Virus record (IMG/VR): IMGVR_UViG_3300018962_000001 | Coordinates: 1 to 64,000 of that record | DNA: 64,000 nucleotides | Reading direction: 5' to 3' (one strand) | Translations under genes and position numbers: made by a program | In this document: positions 55,421 through 63,508 of the stretch, in pieces | Position numbering within the stretch: position 1 is the first letter of the stretch | Layout of the letters: every line of letters begins with the position of its first letter | Notes under the pieces: generated by a model | The model's input: the letters and a program-made list of their open reading frames with translations, nothing else | What the model was told of the DNA's origin: nothing | The model's database searches: none

Positions 55421-55735
55421 ATGCGCCAATGGATTGTGCCAAACCAAAGCTGGTGGACGCTTGATCGCATAGAACGATTTGCTCACTTGACGGGGATGCA
55501 AACGATTGAGCGTCCGGTTACGGGCGAGGCCTTTGGCTGTGCTACCTTTGAGACGGACGCGATCGTGTTCCTTGCCGCCCTCAAGAGTCCGCAGACCGTG
55601 CTCGCGGCGGTGTCAGAGGGACACCAAAAGCAGACGGATTGGGCAACGCGATTCAAAGATACGAACGGAACAAGCATTGTTGGCACCATGTGGGATCGCA
55701 TGGTGCGCCCGTTCCCCATTGATCAGGAAGGATAG
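55421..55735 (+). CDS. hypothetical protein
   Basis: in operon. Confidence 0.55.
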   Translation: MRQWIVPNQSWWTLDRIERFAHLTGMQTIERPVTGEAFGCATFETDAIVFLAALKSPQTVLAAVSEGHQKQTDWATRFKDTNGTSIVGTMWDRMVRPFPIDQEG

Positions 55736-55740
55736 TCAAC

Positions 55741-56673
55741 ATGGGGAAAACTAAGATTGAATGGTGTACCTATCAGCGCCCAGATGGGTCGTGGGTGCCC
55801 GGTTATACGTGGAATCCCTGGTGGGGCTGTACCAAGGTGTCGCCCGGCTGTACGCATTGCTATGCCGACAGCCTCTCGACTCGGTGGGGCTACGACATCT
55901 GGGGGCCGAAGGCCGACCGCCGATTCTTTAAGCCCGACCATTGGAAGGAACCGCTGATCTGGCAAGCCGAGGCCGCCGCCGCCGGGGAGTATCGCTATGT
56001 CTTTTGTGCCTCGATGGCCGATCTGTTTGAGTTTCATCGCCTGGGTGCCGTGCGCCGTAAGCAAGATGAAGCGCGTCAGCGAACGTGGGATCTGATCGCC
56101 ACCACCCCGAATCTTATCTGGCTGCTCCTCACCAAGCGACCCGAACAGATTCGCTACATGGTCCCCAATACCTGGCTTCAACACTGGCCGATTCATGTAT
56201 ACACCGGCACCTCCCTGGAAACGCAGGAGGAGCAAGTGCGCGTCGATGATCTGCTGCGGGTGCCGGGCACCCACTTCTTGTCCTGTGAGCCGCTGCTCGG
56301 CCCGATCGATCTGCATGATCTGGTCATCCCGCAGGTGGTTGGCGATCATCATCTCTCCTGTCTGGAAGTGGATGTGGCTGTCGAGGATGATGGCGACTAT
56401 CACGGCAGTGTGGTGAACTGGGTGATTGCCGGTGGTGAGTCCGGAGGTGGCGCACGGGCAATGGACCCGGAGTGGGCACGCGATCTGCGCGATCAATGTG
56501 CGATCTCCACGCCTCCCCCTGGAACCGCCTTCTTTATGAAGCAGATGGGGTCGATCTGGGCACGCCAGCACGGACTCAAGGGAAAGGCCGATGATCTGCA
56601 TGAGTTGCCCGAAGACCTGCGTATCCGCCAGTTCCCGCCGCTCCCGGCGCTGCCGCAGGAGGTGGTGCGATGA
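55741..56673 (+). CDS. phage Gp37/Gp68 (DUF5131) family protein
   Basis: TKIEW..TWNPWWGCTKVSPGCTHCYA, VFCASMADLF, LLTKRP, FLSCEPLLGP, WVIAGGESG, FFMKQMG. Confidence 0.92.
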   Translation: MGKTKIEWCTYQRPDGSWVPGYTWNPWWGCTKVSPGCTHCYADSLSTRWGYDIWGPKADRRFFKPDHWKEPLIWQAEAAAAGEYRYVFCASMADLFEFHRLGAVRRKQDEARQRTWDLIATTPNLIWLLLTKRPEQIRYMVPNTWLQHWPIHVYTGTSLETQEEQVRVDDLLRVPGTHFLSCEPLLGPIDLHDLVIPQVVGDHHLSCLEVDVAVEDDGDYHGSVVNWVIAGGESGGGARAMDPEWARDLRDQCAISTPPPGTAFFMKQMGSIWARQHGLKGKADDLHELPEDLRIRQFPPLPALPQEVVR

Positions 56674-56891
56674 GTAACGTCGGCCCGGCGGATACCTGTG
56701 ATCGATCGCCTGGAGCGCGGATTCGGGCTTGGTGCCAGGAGCGGTCATTTGCGGACGACAATTACTTTGTTCGGAATCTCCGTCAGTTTCTGCCCGACGA
56801 GCAGATTATCTTGGTGCTGGATCTTCTGGATTTAACCTGCTCCTGCTGTTTTGATTCCGATCGTGCGTGTCAGTGCTGGAATGACGACTAG
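56670..56891 (+). CDS. small hypothetical protein
   Basis: ATGA overlap. Confidence 0.55.
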   Translation: MSNVGPADTCDRSPGARIRAWCQERSFADDNYFVRNLRQFLPDEQIILVLDLLDLTCSCCFDSDRACQCWNDD

Positions 56892-56896
56892 GAGGA

Positions 56897-57172
56897 ATGA
56901 TGCCTGATCCCCAAGATGAGGTCCAGATTGTTGATTCGTTAATCCTCCTCCATCTCGTCGATGGACGGACGCTCCGGCTCGATCTGCATGACGGCGCGTG
57001 GGCTACCCTGATTACCTATGGCTTGGTGGACGATCGCGGGAAGTCCTCCACCTGGCATGGCCTGACGCTGCGGTTTCCTGAAGGCCGCAGCGAGGTAAGC
57101 ATCCATGCGCCGGTGCGGGAGGTAGTCCTCCCCGTCGATTTCCAGAACCCGTTTCAGGAATCCGGCGAGTGA
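56897..57172 (+). CDS. hypothetical protein, tandem paralogue A
   Basis: IVDSLILLHLVDGRTL..FQNPF. Confidence 0.65.
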   Translation: MMPDPQDEVQIVDSLILLHLVDGRTLRLDLHDGAWATLITYGLVDDRGKSSTWHGLTLRFPEGRSEVSIHAPVREVVLPVDFQNPFQESGE

Positions 57173-57477
57173 CGACGATGAGTACCTTTCGGATTGTTGA
57201 TAGTTTGATCATTCTGCACCTTGATGATGGCCGGACCTTAAAGGTCGATCTGCCCGAAGGAGCCTGGGCCGATCTTCTGGCGCAGTACCCCGACATGGAG
57301 CTGATGGATGAGTATGGACCCTTTCGGTATCATCGGCCCCAGGTTGAGCATCAGCTGATCGTACGATTCGGAGCGGGAACACTCACGATCTATGACGCGG
57401 CACCGATCGGTGCGGACACGACTCCGTTTCAGAATCCCTTTGACTCCGATCCTCCAGGCAGTGGGAGCAGTGGGTGA
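57169..57477 (+). CDS. hypothetical protein, tandem paralogue B
   Basis: IVDSLIILHLDDGRTL..FQNPF. Confidence 0.65.
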   Translation: MTTMSTFRIVDSLIILHLDDGRTLKVDLPEGAWADLLAQYPDMELMDEYGPFRYHRPQVEHQLIVRFGAGTLTIYDAAPIGADTTPFQNPFDSDPPGSGSSG

Positions 57478-57485
57478 TATGGGTC

Positions 57486-57514
57486 TTACCGAGCGCACAT
57501 AATTGCGCTATACT
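57486..57514 (+). promoter_or_regulatory. promoter with degenerate -35
   Basis: TTACCG-17-TATACT with TGCGC extension. Confidence 0.6.
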
Positions 57515-57547
57515 AGACCGGACGTACCGTGATTCAAGGAGGGCTGT

Positions 57548-58207
57548 ATGCCTGAACAAGATCCTGAATTTTCGATTGCCGAGGACGGACGGCGGATCGC
57601 TGAGGAACTGATCCCACAGTTTCACGCCGATCTGGTCGATGTTCCCATTCTGTATATCTATACGTACAAGGAAAAGAAAAAGAGCGGCAAGCGAATATTG
57701 GGCACGCTCAAAAAAGCCAGCGGCCTGACGCGCTGGTTGTCGCGCGGCTATTGCAGCGCGGATTCGGAGGACATGCGCGAGGCCGAGTACATCATGACTC
57801 TCGACTGGGGCTTCTGGCATAACGAGGCCACCAATGCCCAACGATATGCCCTGGTCGATCACGAACTCTGTCACGCCGAGGTCACGTTTGATGATGAGAC
57901 CGATGAGCCAAACTACGGTCTGAAGGGGCATGACATCGAAGAGTTTGGGATCATCGTGGAGCGGCACGGACTCTATCTGCTCGATCTTCAGGTCTTCGCC
58001 GATAAGATTGAGCAATTGCGACTGCCTGGCATGGAGCGCCGGGTGCCCCGCGGCCCGGCGTCCAGTGGGCGGTGGCACGATGGGCCGGTCCAGCCAGATC
58101 GCACGACCGAGACTCCAGAGGTAGAGCTTCGCGGACGGTTGTTGGGGCAGGACATCAACTGGTCGGGCAGCGCGGAGGATCTCAGCCGCCTGGCCGACGA
58201 TCGCTAG
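57548..58207 (+). CDS. putative phage metallopeptidase
   Basis: ALVDHELCH (HExxH)..HDIEEFGIIVERHG. Confidence 0.85.
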   Translation: MPEQDPEFSIAEDGRRIAEELIPQFHADLVDVPILYIYTYKEKKKSGKRILGTLKKASGLTRWLSRGYCSADSEDMREAEYIMTLDWGFWHNEATNAQRYALVDHELCHAEVTFDDETDEPNYGLKGHDIEEFGIIVERHGLYLLDLQVFADKIEQLRLPGMERRVPRGPASSGRWHDGPVQPDRTTETPEVELRGRLLGQDINWSGSAEDLSRLADDR

Positions 58208-58254
58208 ACCGGATCGGCGCGGCGATCGTCAGAGTCATACAAAGGAGCCGGAGC

Positions 58255-58815
58255 ATGATTGCCGCGCTGTACACCGATGGGGGACTCATCCTGGGAAATC
58301 CCAGCCCCTTCGGTGGCACCTGGGCCTATTGCCAGGTGGATGAACACAATGAACGGATCGAATCGGGATCGGCCTGGGGCATGGTGTATCTCCATCAATT
58401 TCCAGGCTGGCCGATGACGAACAACGTAACGGAGATGGCTGCGGTGATTCGCGGCCTGGAATCCCTGCCGCTGCGGTGGCAGGGAACCATCTATTGTGAT
58501 TCCAAGATCACCATTGAGCGGGTCAGTGAAGGCGCGTCGATGGAGGGGATTCCCGACGCCATGATCCAGCGCCTGGCCTTGGCGTGTCGGCGGGTCTGCA
58601 TGCCCCGCATCCAGTGGATTCATGTTGCCGGTCATCCAACGCGCGCCGAACTCGCCGCCGGGGTGAGTGTGGAGGGTGTCCCGGTCAGTCGGCACAATGT
58701 CTGGTGCGATACGCAGTGCAAGGCCGTCGCGACCCGCTGGAAGGCCAAGCATCCTGAAGAAGTCGCGCGCTGGCAGGCGCAGCGACGGCGACGGCAGGAG
58801 GAGGTGGCCGCATGA
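58255..58815 (+). CDS. ribonuclease HI-like protein
   Basis: YTDGG, TNNVTEMAA, IYCDS, HVAGH, NVWCD. Confidence 0.85.
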   Translation: MIAALYTDGGLILGNPSPFGGTWAYCQVDEHNERIESGSAWGMVYLHQFPGWPMTNNVTEMAAVIRGLESLPLRWQGTIYCDSKITIERVSEGASMEGIPDAMIQRLALACRRVCMPRIQWIHVAGHPTRAELAAGVSVEGVPVSRHNVWCDTQCKAVATRWKAKHPEEVARWQAQRRRRQEEVAA

Positions 58816-59129
58816 TCTTCGAAGCCGTATGGGAGAGTGCCCAACGAGGTGAATTAATCCTTGTCGATGGCGGGATGGTCCGCTTTCACGTCCGGCGAGA
58901 CGGTCAGCTTACCATCCATGAGCTGATCGTGCTCACGCCACGGCAGGGCATTGGGACGCGCCTCCTGGACCGCTTGAAACAGGTGCCGGGCGTGGTCCGG
59001 ATCGCCGCGCGTTGCCCCGCCGATCTGGCGGCGAATTCCTGGTATCAGGCGCGGGGCTTTCAGTTTGGCGGGTCGGCCCTCACGCGATCAAACCGACGAA
59101 TCAACACATGGTATCTCCCCCTCGCTTAA
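58812..59129 (+). CDS. GNAT-family acetyltransferase
   Basis: RQGIGTRLL (acetyl-CoA loop), ANSWYQARGF. Confidence 0.75.
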   Translation: MIFEAVWESAQRGELILVDGGMVRFHVRRDGQLTIHELIVLTPRQGIGTRLLDRLKQVPGVVRIAARCPADLAANSWYQARGFQFGGSALTRSNRRINTWYLPLA

Positions 59130-59887
59130 TCTTCTGTGCGGGCGGCAACGCGGGCTTCTACGAGATCGCCGCCGCCGCCGGATTTGCCTACGGATCGCAG
59201 CTTCCTGAGACGGTCTATGGCCCGCTGCTGTTTGCCGACCAGGATTTCAAGCGTCCCAATCGCGCGGCCTATATGGCCGCGCTCGCGCACCATCGCCCCC
59301 AGATGGCAACCGTCCTGGATTTGGAGCAGGCAGCCCAATGCACGACTGTGTTGGACTGGGCCGCCGAGGCTGCGCACTATGTCGCCCAGGTGATTATCAT
59401 TCCGAAATATCCAGGCGCGATTCAGCGCCTCCCTCGATCGATCGGACCGGCAGAGGTGGTCCTTGGGTACAGTATCCCCACTCGCTATGGCGGTGCGCCG
59501 CCGGAGCTTGATCTGGCCGAGTTTGCTGGGTTTCCTGTCCATCTCCTGGGCGGGTCGCCGCATCACCAAATCGCGTTTTATTGTGCGTTTACGGGTCGCC
59601 CCGCCCCGCGGTGGATGGGACCGCGCCTGCGCCACTTTCTCGCTCGATATGCAACCTTTGGCCCCATCGCCGAGGTCCGCAGCGTTGACGGCAATATGAT
59701 GCAGCTCCAGGCAAACCGGCGTTGTGCCTTTTGGCGACAGGAAGTCGGGGCACGTGGGCATTGGGTGCAGCTGTCGGAGGTTGGAGCCGGTGGCTTTGGC
59801 CGGGACAGCCACCGTGAGGCCTTTCGGCGATCCTGTCGAAACATTATTCAGGCGTGGAGCGATCTCCATGCCAGGGAGGACGAATGA
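59108..59887 (+). CDS. TIM-barrel protein with TGT/DpdA-like motifs (DUF6610-like)
   Basis: FADQDF, ATVLD, IIIPK, GYSIPTRYGG, PVHLLGG, SVDGN. Confidence 0.55.
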   Translation: MVSPPRLIFCAGGNAGFYEIAAAAGFAYGSQLPETVYGPLLFADQDFKRPNRAAYMAALAHHRPQMATVLDLEQAAQCTTVLDWAAEAAHYVAQVIIIPKYPGAIQRLPRSIGPAEVVLGYSIPTRYGGAPPELDLAEFAGFPVHLLGGSPHHQIAFYCAFTGRPAPRWMGPRLRHFLARYATFGPIAEVRSVDGNMMQLQANRRCAFWRQEVGARGHWVQLSEVGAGGFGRDSHREAFRRSCRNIIQAWSDLHAREDE

Positions 59888-60726
59888 CTCATCCTGACAT
59901 CCCCCGGAGCATCCGGCGTTGGCTGGAAGAACGTGGCTGGTATGGGTCCGTGAGGAATCTGAATCGCAATCAGCTCGATCTGGTCAAAGGGTCGATCCTG
60001 CGGCATGGCCGACTCTCGCTCCATGCGCCCCACTCCCGTGCGCTTTATGTCGAATGGTATGGGCCGGACCCACGGATCGGTGGGCGCATACGCTGGAGTG
60101 AAAATCTCCACCTGTCGGTGCATGCAGGCCTCGTCCATCTGCACCTTTCTGTCCAGGGACTCCTGCGGGAACCACGTGACCCCCGGACACCACGACTCTG
60201 GCGGGGCGAGAAGCGCTACTACGGGGATCGTGAGTTGAGTGTCCAGCTCGCCTACGATCGTGATTGCATCACGCCCCTTGGCGTGTACTACACCCTCTGG
60301 ACCGCTGATGACGACCTGTGGGAGCAACGACCGCGCTGGCGGCACGGCGTGATCTGGCCCTTTGAGACTCTGTTTGGGGCAATGGATGTGCAGTGGCGTG
60401 ATGTGCGCCGAACAACGCTGGCAATCCCGCTGCCGGAGCGCACATACACGGCGACTGCGGTGTATCGCGAGGGGATCTGGACCTGGCGGCGGTTGCCCTT
60501 CTATCGCAAACGCCTGGTGCGAGTCGAGGTGACCCCCGATCTCCCGATCCCGTATCCAGGGAAAGGCGAAAATAGCTGGGATGGCGGCGAACGGGGCATG
60601 GAGGACTTTTCTGGACCCTACCAGACCGATCATGAGGCGGTGGGGGCAATCGTGCAAACGATCCTGCGCGATCGCATGCGCTACGGAGGAGCGGACTGGC
60701 AACCCGCAGAGTTTACCGAGTCGTAA
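59884..60726 (+). CDS. hypothetical protein
   Basis: RBS ggagg, ATGA overlap. Confidence 0.65.
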   Translation: MTHPDIPRSIRRWLEERGWYGSVRNLNRNQLDLVKGSILRHGRLSLHAPHSRALYVEWYGPDPRIGGRIRWSENLHLSVHAGLVHLHLSVQGLLREPRDPRTPRLWRGEKRYYGDRELSVQLAYDRDCITPLGVYYTLWTADDDLWEQRPRWRHGVIWPFETLFGAMDVQWRDVRRTTLAIPLPERTYTATAVYREGIWTWRRLPFYRKRLVRVEVTPDLPIPYPGKGENSWDGGERGMEDFSGPYQTDHEAVGAIVQTILRDRMRYGGADWQPAEFTES

Positions 60727-60727
60727 G

Positions 60728-60749
60728 CGGGTATGAGCGCTCATACCCG
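60728..60749. repeat. 22-bp perfect palindrome directly before a promoter
   Basis: cgggtatgagcgctcatacccg. Confidence 0.65.
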
Positions 60750-60752
60750 TCC

Positions 60753-60781
60753 TTGACATATGCGCCATCTTGCGCTACACT
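60753..60781 (+). promoter_or_regulatory. sigma70-like promoter
   Basis: TTGACA-17-TACACT. Confidence 0.75.
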
Positions 60782-60809
60782 GGCCGCGATCACGGAGGTG
60801 TGTGTAACG

Positions 60810-61625
60810 ATGGCAGGAACATGGCGACCCACAGATAAAGAGTTGTTCGAGTTGACGCGCAGCGAGCTGGCCGCTCGTACCGGGCACTCAACCCGGCAGA
60901 TCGGGCGATGGCGGGGAGCTGCGCGTCAACGGCTACGGGTCCCTGCGGACATGGACCCCATCTTTGACTCCCAGGGCCGGGTCACGGGTACCCGTCCGAC
61001 GCGGATCGAACAGCGTCCTCAGGAACCGATCCCCTACGTCCCACCCCTTCGTCCTGAGCCATTTGTGCCGCCGCCGCCGGTCATTTCTGGCGGACGTGCC
61101 CCCCAATCGCCCCCAGACACCCTCCGTACCGGAGGCGGATCACCATCCGTCGATCGTGAGTCCGCGACTCAGCCGATCACCTTGGACGATCTCTTAGCCG
61201 CTGATCCCGGCCCGTCCAGGCCAGCAACCCCCCCAGCAACGTCCCCGGCAGCACCCGGTCGTCCCCCCCGGACAGGCCCACCAGCAGCCCCCCGGACACG
61301 TCCTATGGACCAACTCCCGGACACCGCCCGGTTTTCGAGCCAGAGCCAGGACCAACCCCTGCTGGCACCCCTGCTTGGCCGGTTGGCGGCTCGCGTGCAA
61401 CGACCGACCAGGCGGGCCACCCCGCCTGATCCGTTGGTGAGGGTGCTGGTGACACGAGGCCGATCGTTCGTGATTGCGGTCGGGTGGCTCGCGGTGGTGC
61501 TGGTGCAGGGGCTTGGGCTTGGAGCCAGCCGGGGGTGGTTTCTCTGGCAGGGCTGGGGGGATCGGAAGTGGTTAGTCCTGGCAATGCTGGTGACCTTGAT
61601 TCTGTGTAGCGTCTGGATCTTTTAG
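60810..61625 (+). CDS. N-terminal HTH, Pro-rich linker, two C-terminal TM helices
   Basis: TRSELAARTGHSTRQIGRWR; VIAVGWLAVVLVQGLGLG; WLVLAMLVTLILCSVWIF. Confidence 0.7.
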   Translation: MAGTWRPTDKELFELTRSELAARTGHSTRQIGRWRGAARQRLRVPADMDPIFDSQGRVTGTRPTRIEQRPQEPIPYVPPLRPEPFVPPPPVISGGRAPQSPPDTLRTGGGSPSVDRESATQPITLDDLLAADPGPSRPATPPATSPAAPGRPPRTGPPAAPRTRPMDQLPDTARFSSQSQDQPLLAPLLGRLAARVQRPTRRATPPDPLVRVLVTRGRSFVIAVGWLAVVLVQGLGLGASRGWFLWQGWGDRKWLVLAMLVTLILCSVWIF

Positions 61626-61634
61626 GAGGGGCTG

Positions 61635-61916
61635 ATGGCGATTGGCGATCCGGCATGGATCAAACAGACCGAGGTGTGGCGCAGGCGGTTTCAAACCCTC
61701 GCCGATGCGCTGTCCGCCGAGCTTGCGGACGTGCCCCATGATGTGCTGCTCCGGGCCGAGCGTGATGGCTGCCAATCGATGGCAGATGATCTCCAAGCGC
61801 AGCTTGACTCGGCGCGGGCATCCCAAGAAGGAATCATACATGATCTCACGCCGAATGATGCTCAAGTTCCTCGCGAGTCTCGTTCCCAGCCTGGCGCTGG
61901 GAACGAAGCAGGCTGA
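61635..61916 (+). CDS. hypothetical protein
   Basis: RBS ggagg. Confidence 0.55.
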   Translation: MAIGDPAWIKQTEVWRRRFQTLADALSAELADVPHDVLLRAERDGCQSMADDLQAQLDSARASQEGIIHDLTPNDAQVPRESRSQPGAGNEAG

Positions 61917-62256
61917 GGCGAAGCCAACGCGCCCGGTCGTCCGGCCCGGCTTTGCCGCCCATTACCGGCCCGGCAAGATGGAACAGGTCGCGAAAAACCG
62001 GGGCTTGCCGCGGGTAAAACATATGGCCGCCAGTCCGCACCATGCGATCGGAACCTGGGTGACGGCAGAACACCCGACGAAAGGCATCCGCATTAAGGTG
62101 TTGATCGTGGACTGTCCCCAGCCGCAGCATTGGCAGCGGATCGTGAACAAGGGGATCGTCTTAGAGTTCGACTTCAAAACCGCCCAAATGCTGTATAACA
62201 TTAAGCGGGTCAATCAAAAGGCTCCCCGCGACTGTCCGATCGTGGTGTACGGATAG
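61840..62256 (+). CDS. exported RlpA-like double-psi beta-barrel protein
   Basis: SRR Tat-like leader; GFAAHY..AASP..GTWVT..KVLIVDC. Confidence 0.6.
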   Translation: MISRRMMLKFLASLVPSLALGTKQAEAKPTRPVVRPGFAAHYRPGKMEQVAKNRGLPRVKHMAASPHHAIGTWVTAEHPTKGIRIKVLIVDCPQPQHWQRIVNKGIVLEFDFKTAQMLYNIKRVNQKAPRDCPIVVYG

Positions 62257-62262
62257 AAAGAG

Positions 62263-62934
62263 ATGGGCGTGACCGATCAGGCAACGCAGGAGCGCTGGCT
62301 CTATGGTGGTGATCCCGACGCCGTTCCGACGCAGGATGACATCACGCATGAGCATTTTCGCACGCCGCTGTGGGTGATTGATGCGGCCATCCGCTTAATC
62401 ACCTGGATTCCCTCCGATTGCCCGCTCCGCATCTTGGATGCTGGAGCGGGCAATGATGCCCGCTGGGGCGTGGGAGCCAAGACTCGCTGGCCGTCCTCGC
62501 AGCTCACGGCAGTCGAGGCCCGTGCGGTTCCGGCGGCGGCGGCGGTGGATCGGTGGGTCCATGCCAGCCTCTTTGATTCCTGGGACCCGGAACCGTACGA
62601 TCTGATCGTGACCAATCCGCCGTTTAGCCGGTCTCTCGATTGGGCACAGTGGTGTATCGCGCACTGTGCCCCCGGTGGAACGATCCTGCTGTATATGCGC
62701 AACGCATTCGGGCACGGCTGGCGACGCTATTCGCAACTGCATCGCCAGCAGCCGTTTGCAATCGAGGGGAAGCTGGTGCAACGCCCCGTGCATGAACATG
62801 GCTCGTCCGACCGCGCGCAGGAATATAGTTGCTACTACTGGCGTGATCCCTGGCCCAACGCCACCCCCGATCCAATCATTAAATGGCTCAGTCGCGTGGA
62901 TCTGCCCCCCGAACAACAACAATCCTTTCTATAG
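62263..62934 (+). CDS. DNA N6-adenine methyltransferase-like protein
   Basis: HFRTP, ILDAGAG (motif I), IVTNPPFS (motif IV). Confidence 0.8.
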   Translation: MGVTDQATQERWLYGGDPDAVPTQDDITHEHFRTPLWVIDAAIRLITWIPSDCPLRILDAGAGNDARWGVGAKTRWPSSQLTAVEARAVPAAAAVDRWVHASLFDSWDPEPYDLIVTNPPFSRSLDWAQWCIAHCAPGGTILLYMRNAFGHGWRRYSQLHRQQPFAIEGKLVQRPVHEHGSSDRAQEYSCYYWRDPWPNATPDPIIKWLSRVDLPPEQQQSFL

Positions 62935-62945
62935 CCTGGGATGCC

Positions 62946-62974
62946 TTGACGTATGCACTATTGTGCGCTATACT
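62946..62974 (+). promoter_or_regulatory. sigma70-like promoter
   Basis: TTGACG-17-TATACT. Confidence 0.8.
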
Positions 62975-63009
62975 CTGCCTGTGGAACTGCACGAATCAAG
63001 CGAGGCGCT

Positions 63010-63228
63010 ATGGATGGCCCAGTAGAAATTGTTTGTCCAACCTGCCGCACCCCCGTCCGCGATAAGTGGTGGTTCAGCCACTTCCGCCAGGGATCAACTG
63101 AGCTGCCCTGCCTGGATGGGTGTGGGCAATCGTTTCTCGTGATCCGTACGGGCGCGGAGATCACCACTACTGCCATTCACACCGTGGAACCGGCGAGCCA
63201 GGTGTGGATCGGGCCACCCGGAGAGTAG
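63010..63228 (+). CDS. small Zn-ribbon protein
   Basis: CPTC..CLDGC; RBS gagg. Confidence 0.55.
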   Translation: MDGPVEIVCPTCRTPVRDKWWFSHFRQGSTELPCLDGCGQSFLVIRTGAEITTTAIHTVEPASQVWIGPPGE

Positions 63229-63265
63229 ATCGTGTCCACTGGACACTGCCCGAAAGGAGACTCGG

Positions 63266-63508
63266 ATGGTCCCAGAATACATCACCTTTGCCTGTCCGGT
63301 CGGCGAGCCATTTGTGTTGATGAACGGAGAGATGATCGCGCTCCGTGAGCTGTCTGGACAAACCTGCGGCTGCTGGTTTGTTGGGTGGGCTTCCGGGCGG
63401 GAGTATCCAATCTTTCCAGCCCAGGACACGCCCACGATTACCCTGTGGGCCGAAGCGTGCGCGCCGTGGATGCCGCAGCGCCCTGATCAGGAGATGACCC
63501 CTGTATGA
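63266..63508 (+). CDS. hypothetical protein
   Basis: RBS aaggag. Confidence 0.55.
   Translation: MVPEYITFACPVGEPFVLMNGEMIALRELSGQTCGCWFVGWASGREYPIFPAQDTPTITLWAEACAPWMPQRPDQEMTPV

Noticed and set aside
2254-62540. Frequent GGCGGCGGCGG runs
   Set aside because: Almost all lie in ORFs encoding Ala/Arg/Pro/Gly runs; explained by codon usage, with no positional pattern.
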